A DNA stretch of 64,000 nt from Takakia lepidozioides (GCA_030704615.1 CM060733.1:17050001-17114000); one strand, 5' to 3'. Positions 12,200 through 25,119 are shown, counted from the first letter of the stretch. The notes: generated by a model from the letters alone, not told the origin. A program made the numbers and translations.

Positions 12200-13765
12200 T
12201 TTTAACTATGGAAGCCTAAAGCCTCCTCCTCTGTAAGTAACTCGCACAATGCACTATTTTTTGCTCTGACATCAACAAAGTACCATCTTGTCCCATGACC
12301 TGCACAAGATCCAACTTAGGTTGTTTTGGTCTATTATTAGGTGATACAGAGCTCTTTAGACAGCCTCAAAAAATTTAGACATCTGCAAGACATTGTAACC
12401 TCTCATCTTAAAAAAAGTCTAATAGGTACATTCTCTTTTCTCTCTCTCAGAAATGCTAGGGCAGCTTACCTTCACAAGGTGCACCACTTTTGGCCAGATT
12501 TCAAGTGCCTTATTTTTCTCATGCATTCTCCTAAGCTCTTTGTGCTTTCCATGGACATTATAAAGTTCAATTCATTCTTTCTTTCTCTCATAATCATCAA
12601 TGGTATCCTGTATGGCACGATGGCCTCCATGTCTGTCTTAGCTAACCCATGCAAAATTATCATATAATTAGGAATGGTTGTCACCCCCACTATCAATGAT
12701 CTTCTTCAAATGGACAAAGGATTGTCGGCCCATAAAGTGCTCTGTGCATTGTGCATTCTATTCGTATGTGCTCACAAAGAATAGGTACCTGCAATGCAGC
12801 CAGACGCTCCTCTTCTGAGGATGGCTGATGGTGCACAGCTGATTGATCATCTAACCTTTTACAGACAGTCTGCAGATTGTGGACAGTTAGTTAGTCCAAC
12901 AGAGGGATAAAAGCCTCATCTGTGTAAGTGCATCCAATGATCTGCAACCAACTGAAAAACAAGGTGCCTGCAAATCAACGTACAGGAGCCATCCATCGGC
13001 AAGTATTGCAGTCGATGCAAGTATGGTCTGTCCCATCCACAACCACACATCCACACAAACGTCCACGTTATGCAGCTGTTTACTGTCTTAAACCAACCTG
13101 CAGCAGCTGTTCAGCATCTGTCCCTCCAGAACATGGAATGACAGTGGAGAGAGGTAAGAAACAACGGTTTGGCTTTATGGCCAGTTTTGGCCGAAATTGG
13201 ACCATCACTGACAATTTTGTCAATCATGAAACCTACAATTCAGCCATTAGAAACTAATTTGCGCTCTGTATATGTCCAACCAGCTTCAGCCTACCTGCCT
13301 AAAACGAGACCAGAATTGCAGACAAGTCACATTCAAGGAACTGAGAAATGCTGGCATCCACACACTACCCAGCCCAGAACCAAGCGAATCTGTGTCGACT
13401 TGTGGGCTTCTAGGATCTGGAGAATGTTTGTAAAGCTGTCCACTCATACCACAAGCTTCACAATAGCTGAATTTCTGAGTTGCCCTCTGACAAAGTCTCT
13501 TTCAAACTTTCCATGGGTCTACTCCGAGTTAGCCAACGTTGAAATACAAAGGCAGGTAAAACAACAACCTACCCACGTAAAAATCGCCATCTACATTCTG
13601 CGGCCTTGGTGACCGAGGTGCAGTCTTTGAAGTGATGGCCCTTACAGACAGCCCTCGCACCCTTATCTCCTCCTGCTGCTGCTGCCCCTGTTTCCTACCA
13701 GGGAGTTGCCGTCCCAGCCCTACGAGCTGTGCTGCCCTGCTGTGTACCGCTAAAGAACGCTCCAT
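12200..13765 (-). pseudogene. Internally deleted copy of the ferredoxin-like/metallo-beta-lactamase gene
   Basis: Retains coding exons 1-3 ([11 protein letters not shown] / [15 protein letters not shown] / QSAVHHQP...ALQ) and the last exon (GHGTR). All middle exons are deleted, and the remaining join is out of phase. Confidence 0.88.
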
Positions 13766-15379
13766 GCTGCAGGTCCTCAGCACTAGCGTCTCTCACAATG
13801 TCCCGACTGACTGCGAAAGAGAGATGACTTGTCAATATTGCAATTGCCTGGACACAGCCATACTCCTTGTATAACATGTGCAACACACATGCATCCAAAT
13901 GCAACTGACGCAATTCAACACGGCTACATCTTCCCTACCACAACCTTACGTGAAAAATGGCTAGAGCTGACCCCACAAACATCCTGCCACACTGCTGGCT
14001 TTTGGTAATCAGTAAATGCTGCCCACCATCATCGGTAATTCATACATAGCGTCCGAAGCAAATACTTAGCAGAACTGGAGCAATCCAAGGTCTCGTCGCA
14101 GGCGGGGTCGCGCACTGGCGATGGTGATCCGGAGGCGGAGTTGATGGATGATGCGCAAAAGAGCGTGCTGGTGCAAGCGGAAGTGCAGCGCATGAGGCGT
14201 CTCCCGGCCTCCAGTGCGTATGCCACTCATAGGCTGAAAAGTGCTTGACAAAATGCTCCAGCTCTTGTCGAAGGTGTTCATCTCTCCCTTTTTTGAGCAC
14301 CTGTCCTTCTTCGGTCGATCAATTCGTTGCAGCAGCACCGCATTTATCCCTGTGCTTTCCTGTTTCTAACTTGTTATTCATGTTCCAAAACTTGTGTATC
14401 TGTCGTGTTTTCTATGTTGTGTTACGTTCGGTCTTCGCGTGTCCTTAGCCGTGCCTTTCTTTATAGTGGAAGACTTCCGTAGCCTTTGTACTAGTTCATA
14501 CTTAAGCCATGAGGCTTTCCTCGGTGGAAGGAAATGCAGCGGTTGAGCAATTCATGTCTCCCGTCTGGATGGACAGGTCAAGTACGAGCAGGTGAAGTAT
14601 GAGGTAAAGAACTGCCTGAAGAGACTGTTTCAGTAAAGCTAGTACAAAGACTGTTTGATGCTTCGATTGTCTAGATTATTTGTCTTCCTATGGTTGGGAA
14701 CTGTAACATGACAAGGAGGTTCGTTCAGTCGAAATTTTTTGTGTGGCAGTAGTAAGCCTGATTCCCCAATCAAATCTCGAGATTCAATGGCCGTTGGCTG
14801 TTCATACTTGTTTTGTGGATGTCATGTGTGGTTGACTGGCTGGACAAAGATGTTTCTGAGGAAGGGAACTGAAGGATCTGAAAGAAGGTTTGGTGGTATT
14901 TGTGAGTTAATAATGACTAAAGTTTTGATAGATCGAACACTTTCAGAGGCTGACGAGTTGGAGGTTCTTTCTGCCAAATTGTCTTTCTGAATTCTAAGGT
15001 AATCTGCATGTTGTTTGAGTTCTGCAGCCTCCCTAATCTCTCTTTCAAGGTGTCTTTCCTTCTTTCCTTGGCCTTGGTTTACTGTGACCCATGAGCCTTG
15101 TTCTCTCCATTTCTGCTCTAGGCACAACATCTATGCAAGGAAGGGTACAGTAAGCAAAAGAGTAACAAGTACACTTGTTCTTAATGAGAATGCTATCATA
15201 GTCTTCTGATCACATACATGGGTGTGGTTTGCAGGCTTGCGAGTCTCTAGGTTGAGGTTCTAAGCCTGCTGATGATGAACCATCACAGAACGCACACCAC
15301 ATTGCCCCAGTTGAGATCTCTCTTTCTTGCTCTTGCTATGGACCATTTGGCCTCTTTCACTCTCTTCCCTTCTCATTTC

Positions 15380-15578
15380 AGAAAATACTGATAACATTGT
15401 GCGAACACTCAGCGACAGTGGTGGACACGGTCAATGTCACCCAACACAGTTCGACTTCTATAGCTGCAGCCACATGGGGATACAGATCTCACACCTCCAT
15501 GTTGGACCTACTGTTGTAATCTGCATTACAAAACCTCCACATGTTTTGGATGCTTGCACCTGTCTTTCATTCGTATAA
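15380..15578 (+). pseudogene. AGO: Argonaute PIWI-domain fragment (degenerate), copy 2
   Basis: Follows a pyrimidine-rich CAG acceptor. Reads TVVDT, a frameshift, then CHPTQFDFYSCSHMGIQ. 15250-15589 is the inverted homolog of ~3495-3787. Confidence 0.75.
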
Positions 15579-15934
15579 ACTACAGTTCTAGCATAGTAAC
15601 ATCAGACATGTAGTTTTGCCATATCTGAAAATGAAGACATTCATAATATAGTGATTTGCTTTGTTATACTCTTCATAGCAAAATCTCGTACCCTTAACAT
15701 CCAGACCTTAAGGCAAAGAAAAGAGAACAGCCTGAAATTTAGTGCACCATGTTCTGCTTCAACAATGGCCAAGTACGGCCTCCCCTAGTGATCTGCACAA
15801 CATCCAACTTGGTTGTTTGTTGTAATTTGAGACACAGTAGGGGATACAAAGCTCTTAAGATGGCCTCAAACGGATCAGGTATGCTCTAACATGAAATGGT
15901 TTCCTCTTGCAAGTCTGGAAAATATTACCTCTGT

Positions 15935-18900
15935 TTAAGAATAAAGCTTTGTTTCCTCCGGCAAGTCTGGAAAACGATCTAACATCATACATCCCTGAAG
16001 ATCAACTGTTTGTAGACTTGTTAGCTGCCCAAACGAGCGTGGCAAACTCTGCAGATTCACACAGTTGCTGAGGTCCAATGTGGTCAGCCCTGTAAGCTGC
16101 CCAATGGATTCAGGTAGTCTTTCCAAGTTCACACAATTGCTCAACACCACCGTCTTCAGCTTCTTAACCTTCCCTATGTCTTCGGGCAGTTCTCGCAAGT
16201 TCTTACAACCATCTAAATATAACTCTTGCATCGCCTCGTTCAAAAATGGACCAATGTCAAACACACCTGTGCAGCCACTCAACCAGAGCACCTCTAGCTT
16301 ATCCAAAGCTTGGAAAGCAGCCAAAACATAGCTGCTCACGTACACATTGCAAAACCCCAAATCGAGCCACTTGAGCTTTGGCAGGGTATGAATCATCAAT
16401 CGGATGGTCCGACACTCGTCTGACAAACGACTGCAGTGTGACAAATTGATCTTCTCAAGATATTCCAGTCCCACAATGTGGACGGAATACAGATTATAAC
16501 AATGTGAAGCATCCAAAATGCGTAGACGTTCCAACTTGTGAATGTTGGGTAGCTTCGTCGGCAGCCGCGCAGTATCAGAACCCGAAGACCTGCTAGCGGC
16601 CACACCAACTCCTGAAAATACTTTCATATTCATCAAAATGATGTATAACAGATGCATAATTGAATTGAATTGGACATGCATAATTGAAAACACTTGTGCT
16701 TTCGTAGCTCTCAGAGGTTATTTTTTCCTCGCTCTTTCAATGCCTGGTGCTTAAAATATATATATATATATATACCCTATCTATTCCATTTTTATTGTTA
16801 AATGAAATTGGCAAGTAAACCCATTCAAATGCAACCAGTAAATGATATGCAAGTATGTTGGCTACATGATTTCTCTTGCTTGTCTATTTAATCCAACCGA
16901 AACTTCAATTATTGCGACGTGAACTGTAACAGTTCATAAATTAAGAAAGAAAAGACTCCAAACAAAAATCAGTATTAAAAAAAAAACTTTGATATGTCTA
17001 AGTAAAGGCTAGTAAATAATGTATAGAGAATGACTGTGGTGGATAAGCACATAATTCGTACCTTCCAAAACTGGTTCAGATCTTCTCAGTAACTGTTGGA
17101 TGGTGGTAAAGTCTAGCCTGTCCAATTCTCTCCAAAGCTGTTTGATGCTGCTGTTGGTCAAATCTAGGATGGCCAATTCTCGCAGTCGCAACAACCTTTT
17201 AGGTGTACACTCTTCCCCATCTCATGCCACTGTAGCCATCGTAGTTGTTGTGGGTAAGCATCACAGTGGCCTTTGCAATGGTCAAGAAAAAGCAAACGCA
17301 ACTTCTTCATTGGAATGAAATTGAAGGTGGGCATAGGTAGTTTGCTGCCGCAAATAGATAGACCTTGTACATTGAGTGTAATCTGCACAAATACAATAGC
17401 AAATGTCAGAATAGTTTCTTGCACATTCACAACATCCCCTCACAATGCACTTTGAAAGAAATTTGATGTACTAAGATCGGCCAAACCTAACAACCACAAC
17501 AATTGGCTAAGTAGATGTGTAACTAACCTAATACTTGAGAGAGAGAGAGCCGACAATCGGCATAACTAAGAGCCACTTCACCTTTCAGCTGCCTACTATT
17601 GTCGGTGGGCTCCAACATATTTCACGCTCTTCTTCATTATACTATATATATATATACATATGTATGTATACCCTCCCCATCTCACCAACAACACCCAAAT
17701 GAATCATCATCTCGAAATCCTTGCACCCCTCTCTTTAAAAAAAAATCCACCTAGCAACAGTTTGCCTGACAGATGACAAAGTCATCGGCTCAACCATTAG
17801 CCTAACTTTTCTTGTTAAATTAACGTGAATTAAGCAGTAATCAGCCCAAGCAGTACAGCCTAACGTGTTAAACATTACAGGCTATCTGAACGGAACAAGC
17901 CATGCAGAGGATTACCTTCTCCTCTAGCAAGGCCTCCTTTGACATAAGCACATATAACTGCAACTGCCTTGGTACCATCTATGCAATCTTCCTTGACAAG
18001 GCGTTTCCTCTTTTTATGGCCTCCTCTGATTTTGGCATCCACAACCGCAACTGATCCTCTGATTCCATATTTGCAATCTTCCTTCCCATATCGCGCACCA
18101 CATCATGCATATTGAAGCCATTTTTATCACCAAACTCTTGTCCACAAGGCGCAATAAACTACGGAGTGGCCATTCTGTGGAATCTACCCAAGCTTCTTTG
18201 GAAACATCCCGATCTTGTCCAAGGAGGAAACAAGTAATGTCGAGAAATATCCGTTTGTCATCATTGGACAAAGCATCGAAACTAATAGACAACTGCTTAA
18301 AAATCTTTTCATCTGGACTCAGAACCACACTGGTTTTTAGCTTTTCAAGGACATCATCCCACATGCCAAGGTCAAAGTCCCACTTTAGAAGTGAGCCAAT
18401 AACTTTCAAGGTCAATGGATGTCCACCACAAGCTGCCACAACATCGTCTACACGTGCTTGCAACCCATCTGCTTCTTTAGGGACTGATTCACCAAAAGCA
18501 TGGAGTTTGAAAAGATCTTCCGCTTGACCAGAGTCAAGTATGTTTACTTCGTAGCATTCATCAACCCCTGATTGTTTGAACACCCCTCTGTCACGAGAGG
18601 TCACAATCATACAACTACCACTTCCTCCAAGCTCGCTTCCCAAGTCACGTACCTGATCCCAATTATCTACATCATCCAAGACGATCAACACCTTTTTTTT
18701 GCACAATAGTTGTTGCAAAAGATCTTTGCCTCGATGGGAATTGTACACTTTGCTCTTTTTATCATTGCAAAGGTCCTCCAAGAGTTGTTGTTGCAGAGAA
18801 AATAGACCAGTGTCAGGTAGTTTTGCTATGTGATCCCTTACATCATACAAGAAACTTGTGGCTTCATACCTTGAGCGGATGCAATAGTAGATTTCTTTTG

Positions 18901-20188
18901 CAAGCGTGGTCTTTCCAATGCCCCCCATTCCCCATATGCCCACAGAGCAATTCTGCTCAATAAGTTGTATAACAGTATTGACACGTTTCTCAAGCCCAAC
19001 AAGGACTTCGAAACATTTATAACACCAACCTGAGAACAAATTTACAAACCAATCAGTGTGGTAACTAGAAAGTTACTAAACAATCAATCAGAGAATAGGT
19101 TGAATGAATTGTCAAGCATTGCATAAATCACGATTTACACATCCGTTTTAAACCAAACAAAATATTCTCAGCTTTATGTCCACACAATGTGTCAAATTTG
19201 AACATGAGAGGCCTACCTCAGGTTCACGATGCAGTTGTGTTTCAAGAGCATCAACAATTTATCGGAGATAACATGGTGCTTGTCGGGTGGCTGACAAACA
19301 TCCATATGATTGGAATCCTCCAATGTGATGTAGTTTCGTCCAGCAAGTCTTACGGCAGAGGAGTACGGCACAACCCAACCCTATAGACAATTGTAGTACA
19401 CTTATAGCACCTTAAACCTCCTCGGTGCACAATCGTGCGATATCGAAAATACACCAACACAACTACATGACTACTTAGAACTTGTCCTAGAAGACACATA
19501 TTCCATGCAGTGTTATCTATAAGCACACATCATTTATGGCCCTACATAGATTACAACAACATTCCAATGTTTATAGATTGAAGGTGCTCACAACTCACAA
19601 CCTTTGATATAGGTTGGCAGGACCACTTGACCTTGTATCACTAAACCAACACGTGTAAACTTGTTGAAATGTAGCTGTTATACAACTGCTCTCCTCTTCA
19701 AACCTCTTCTAAGCGGTCAAACACCCTATCGAACTTCCCTTGGTTTGCCCCAACAACCCATACCACATTGCATAGGTAAAATTTGTTAACTTACCAACGT
19801 CTTTGTCGGTTTGCCCTCTGCAAAAGCATAGATGTCGATTTGGCGAGGTCCAACAATATCCTCAAAATCTGTTGATAGACACTCCATCTGTTCTTCAAAT
19901 GGTCTCAAGGTCTTCATTATCCCTCCAAAAGGTGTGGGTCCAAACAAACCCCTGCATTTCTTAGCATAACCTATAGTGTCCACCCCAGAATGTGGGACTG
20001 CATAAAATGCAATTCCCCGAAGATTCTGTAGAAAAGCTTTTGTATTGGCAAAAGCTCGCCCATCCAGGTCGTTTCTGATATGATGTTGCATTGCCGTCCT
20101 TGCAACCTCAACCACTAACCTCTTGATGACGAGTCCTCCGAAGCTATGGCCTACCAGCACAATGGGTTTATGCCATCGAAGATTTGAA
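15935..20188 (-). pseudogene. Alpha/beta-hydrolase-NB-ARC-LRR (HNL-type) immune receptor gene, frameshifted
   Basis: Hydrolase exons ~20188-19795 (PIVLVGHSFGGLVIK = GxSxG; FYAVPHSG) and ~19381-19218 (VVPYSSA...DSNHMDVCQP). NB-ARC exon ~19030-17916 has P-loop GMGGIGKTT, Walker B LIVLDDVD, GSCMIVTSRD and GHPLTLKVIG, with MHD in a shifted frame. Pre-LRR exon ~17380-17062 (LRWLQW / LAILDL, frameshifted). LRR exon ~16611-15935 (LxxLPxxIGxLxxLxxLDLSxC). The 5' hydrolase exons were not identified. Confidence 0.88.
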
Positions 20189-21278
20189 CTACACAACAAT
20201 ACCGTGTCACAACAAAGAATGTCTTAAAAAACTACCACACATTCGCACCATCCTCCTGTCAAGAGATCATGAGCATACATTGTGGGAGGGGTATGGAAAT
20301 TTCTTGTAATCTATGTTCAATCTCACCTATAATTTGCAGTGTACTGCAAAGTCAATGACACTTCCACTAATATACATAAGAATCCTCAACTTCCAGACTA
20401 AATAATTGAACCCAACAGATATTGCAATTGATAAGGGAGAGCATTACCAGTACACCTCTAGAGCAATACCACTAGAACCAAGGCTTTGAAACAGGAAATC
20501 TGAAGCACGAGATGATTCACAAATATAGTGTGTTGTGTACAGCTGAGACTTCAAAGTAGGACTTTGACATATGAAACTCATGGACATCCGTTCCCTCACA
20601 TACACTCGCATGGATAGCCGTAGCTGCTGGACAACCCATACTCGTATCTCTAGACAATTGAAGATATAATAAGACCGAAATTTCTCGGTGGGGGTGGCAT
20701 ACCGGAGGGGTTTCGTTCCTTCTGCTGCTCTCGGCCGTTGTTCCACCCCCACCCTCCACCCTCTCGTTCATATGCTCCATTCAGTCACAGCAGATGTGCG
20801 CGCTAAATGTCGTCCTATGCATCGCACCACATTCACACTGCCCGTACTTGAGCTAGCCACTGTAGTCACGGAATGTCCTTTTAGCTACATCACTCATTCC
20901 AGTTCGAGCTCGCCCTTCTCTTGAAGACTTGTATCACCGACAGTGTAGTGCGCAAATGCACAAAAGTGGTATGAGCTACACCATCACTAAATGTAGTGCC
21001 AGAAACACACGAACGATCTGCTGCTCAAAGCAAAGGGGCATACACGAGAATGCGCCAGCGGCAGCAGAGAGACGACCGGTGTCGCTATCAGAGAGCTACA
21101 ATAGAGTCAAAGATGACGTGCGTGGTGAAATATGGCAAACTCTCTTGGCAAGTGAAGGGCCAAACCCTTTGAAGCGTTGGGTGGCATCTATAATATGACC
21201 CCATGTCCGATTACGTAACACTAGGCCCAACTTAAATGACATCTTTAAACCCAAAAAATTCACACTGTTTCATATATA

Positions 21279-21851
21279 CTAGGGTAGCCTGTGCCGTTGG
21301 CCCAAGTGTCCAGTGTCATCTAGCAATCCCCTATATATCCCAATGCGTCTCCTATGGTGGAGGCCAAGTGCGACCTCCAGTTCAGCCTGTGCCATTGGCC
21401 CAAATGTCCAATGTCATCTAAGTTTTTTTTTCCACAGAGCCTACAACCAGATTAGAACCAGAGACGTTTTCCTTGATATCTCTCCCCTCGAGGCTCCAAC
21501 CATTGTCCCAAGGAATGCCCACTTTGCCATTTTTGCTATTTTTTGCGAATTTCCAGCGACCAAAAGGACTTGAAATTCCAAATATGTCACATGAAAGGCC
21601 AATCATTGCTCCAGGAAAGCCCACTTTGCTATTTTTCTCAAATTTTCAACGACCCAAAGCACTTGGAACTCCATATCTCCCACACCGCTGGTCCCAAAAT
21701 CATGAGACCAAGCCCGTACACCCCTTCTCACCAAGGGCTTTCCAACGGCACCAAGCACCCGCGTTGGGCCCGCGGTCTGGGAGATCTCAATGACGTTACA
21801 AAACAAAACAAAACAAACAAAACAAAACAAGCGTCTGGATTCATATATTGA
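21279..21851 (-). mobile_element. Non-autonomous Helitron-like element
   Basis: Minus strand: A|TCAATATATGAATCC at the 5' end, and at the 3' end an imperfect GC hairpin (cttgggcc-aac-ggcacagg) 5 nt before CTAG|T. No TSD. Contains internal sub-repeats. Confidence 0.6.
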
Positions 21852-24344
21852 TATTATAAAAAGAAAACCTGGGAGCCACAGCCCTTGATGAGGGGGAAAA
21901 ATTAACCCCCTTTCATTTATGGGCCATGGAGACCTACAGGATGGTCAACGCCCAGCCCACACACAGGGCAGGGCAACGGGTTTGAACCCCAAACCACACG
22001 ATGTGCACTTACCAGATGACTCAACACCCCCACGAAAATAGGTTCGGAGAAGCTTCAGACATCTGGAGAACTCATTTTTTGTTTTGTCGGGCACTCCGGT
22101 CAGATTCCAGAAAATTTGACGATGATGACGTGGCTACAATGGCGCGGCGATGATGACGTGGTACTATGGCACCCTATTCCTGCTCTACGCTAAACCTTCG
22201 GTCGTCGCTAAATTTTTCTAAGAAAATAGTTGGCCTCAGCTAGAGCCATATACTTGTGAGGCAGTGTATGGGGCAGCGGGTCCCGCAGCAAAGGCCAACC
22301 CTTCAAGTGTCTGGGATGTTACTATCCCCTCCTGTGGTAGCAGCGGGCGTGGTGTGCTTGGTGGGACGCGGAGAACCCATAGGAGCCAGCTTACGGACTT
22401 TGTACAGGTTGCTCTAACTTGAGAAGAAGGATTCTCTCGGCGAATGATGGCAACCTTCACTAGAATGGCAGGGCAGCAACCCACCTAAAGAAATTCGAAA
22501 CCAGGTTGGTCACATCACCCAGTAAAGCTTACCAAATGCTGCATCCCCTGGAACTAATTAGGATATGAGGTGGAATCATAATCCTTTGCGAGAACTGTGC
22601 ACGCTGAACCCTAGACCCCAACACTTGACTCTAGATGCTGCAAACACAAATTACACTGACAATCAGCCGGGGAGTGAATTGCACTGGTCACACAATTACC
22701 AAGTGCCAGCGTATTTCTGTGTCGGTTCTTGCTCTGATAGGGAAATCTGGGATACGTGCATGTTCATCGGCTTCCATGAAAAAGCTCAATTGGACTCACA
22801 CAGAGCAGAGATAACTATAACTCTTTAATAAACGTGGTCCCTGCCAGGACAATTGAGGTGATGTACGAGAAAGGTGCTCAATCCTCAACCATGCCAACTT
22901 GTGTTACTCACAAAGAGGGGTACCCATTTGGATCCTGATCGTTGTAAGACAGGAAGTTACAATCCAGGTCTGCTCGTGTGAGAAGGACATTGGTAGAGTT
23001 GTCTGGGCTTCGGTCTTTCGAAGTTGATGTGGAAAAACTTGTTTGTTGGCAACATTCTGCTGTTGGTGTATCTGTAGGTGATGGTTCAGCATCAAACATT
23101 CTTTTGCAACACTAGTGGGTAGGGGTGGTATATACCTTCAGAAGAATAGTAAGCAGTTTCTTTTGCAGAGTGTAAAGTGGGGTGAATATGGTTGGCAGAT
23201 AAGGATGCATGGGGGTACAAAGAAGTTTCTCCACAATTAGGCTGAGAGACAGTTTCCAGAAGATCTTTACCACAGCTTGAGCTTGACACTGTGTCCTTCA
23301 TGCAGGAACACGGCTGTATGTTCCTTTGGCCTTCTTTGCTTGGTTTTGTCTTGTTTGTACGATGCTGACCTTGTTCTGGTGTTTTGGTTTCTCTCCTTGT
23401 CTCACAATCTCTGCATTCTACACTAGGCCGAAGATGGCTATTATTTTCTACTTCATTGTAATGTGTTCTCTACTGAATGAGTGGCCCACTTTGAAAGGAT
23501 AAAATAGACTGTCACTACACCTCTTTCCGTTCAGTTTGAGAGGCTTGTGACACCATGGGTCTGAGTTTTTTGGGGGAAAGGTGCTCCAAATTGATGCTAG
23601 AGTTGTGCTCTTTCTACCCCTGGGCGATCATGCCCTCAGTGGTATCTCAAAGCCAAGGTTTTGAGGATAGCTGCAAATGATTACATTCTCTCTTTGGCAC
23701 AAGCCTAGAGCATGTAAACCCTTTCTCTGCCTGTCTCTGCTTCTCCAAGACCAGCGTCTCAGGTGGTTGGATGATGGATGAAGGAGATGGCTTGTAATGT
23801 TTCTGGTTCCATAATGAATCACTACAACTCATTAGGCTTTTGCATGACCAATCTGTGGCTCCATGTGAAGAGCATCCATTAGGTATGGCAGCTTCACCTT
23901 TCAGCTATGGCGTTCTCAGCTCTGGTGGGATTCCTCTAGGGTTAGCACATTTATGTCGCACACATTTTATTCATTTTGATAGCACCCATCTTTCTCTCTT
24001 TCCCCAAAGAAGAGACAATGAAGAGTCTTACATCACCCCTGCAGCCGCCTGCAGCTCAGGACCTCCCAATCAACAGGGTTGGTGTTATTTTCTGTCCTAG
24101 CTGTGACACCCACTTTGTAACTGTTATCCACATTGAAGCTGGATCCTGTTTTGATCACATCATAATTTGTGTCTCCCAAAATTGTCCTTTGGATCTGTTA
24201 ACCTTTTTGGGGTCATGATTCATCTGTTGTGTGATTTTCTGATTCTTGACGCTACGAATTGAGGAGGCTTGGAGGTAGCAGTGGCTGAGCAACAAATTGA
24301 GTAAGGCTTAGCCAAGGATCTATCTGGGTGCAGAGGTTGCAGCT

Positions 24345-25119
24345 ATGGCAGTGGCCAGGCGAGGGAATCCATTTGTGAAGTACGGAGTTCCGCTCATTTC
24401 TTTCACGGTCTTTGGGTCTCTGGCCCTAGCTCATCTGCAACAGGGCAGGTAAATGCTTATCTTCTCACCCTGTCTGGTGGCTGATGCTCATATTGAATAC
24501 AATTTGTTACAGTTTTGAGTTTAAGATTTATGGGTAAATCTTGATAAAGGGGAATTCGGTTTCGCCAAAGCATTCTAGCACATTTAATTCCTTACAGCAG
24601 TCATGAGTTATTTGTGTATTTTAGTTAGGAATTGAGAGAGGCATAATGAATGAGATGATTGCTGCAGGAAGGATGTACTGTCGGCCCGGGACGAGCGGGA
24701 GTGGGCCAGCATCGCCGCAAAGCAGGCACTCGAACGCAAGGGACCCATTTCGGGTGTGCTGACAAAGAAAAAAAAACCTCTTGACTTGGAGGAGGAGCTG
24801 AAGGTGAGTCCGTGTCTATGTTTCTTGCATCCAATGGCAGCATTTTGTGTTACTTACAAACTCAGCAATGAGATTCTTTTTTCACTGTGTGCCCAGTTTG
24901 CGAAATTCTCACAACTCCCACTGTCAGGTGCTCATGGTAACTTGCAAGGGGGTGCCAGTGGCATATCCCTTTTATGCACATTAAGTAGTACAGTCAATGC
25001 TCTGTCAGTTTCCAACAGGTATGATTCAATTTGAAATGTTCCTTACATGCTCACAGAAGGTGAAGATTGACGACTTTGAGTACAAATCTATCCCCAAGCC
25101 TAAGGAACTGGAGGAATGA
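24345..25119 (+). CDS. COX16: Cytochrome c oxidase assembly protein COX16 (3 exons, ~100 aa)
   Basis: Exons 24345-24448, 24668-24803 and 25057-25119 with GT-AG introns in phase. MAVARRGNPFVKYGVPLISFTVFGSLALAHLQQGRKD...EW...LEEELKKVKIDDFEYKSIPKP matches the plant COX16 pattern. Not reported intact by the ORF track. Confidence 0.88.

Larger units (their letters stand above)
10185..14067. repeat. Decayed segmental duplicate of 23558-30507
   Basis: 10185-10630 matches 23558-24000, 10945-12410 matches 24473-25890, and 12413-14067 matches 28750-30507, all in the same orientation. About 2.9 kb of the donor is missing at ~12410. Confidence 0.95.
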
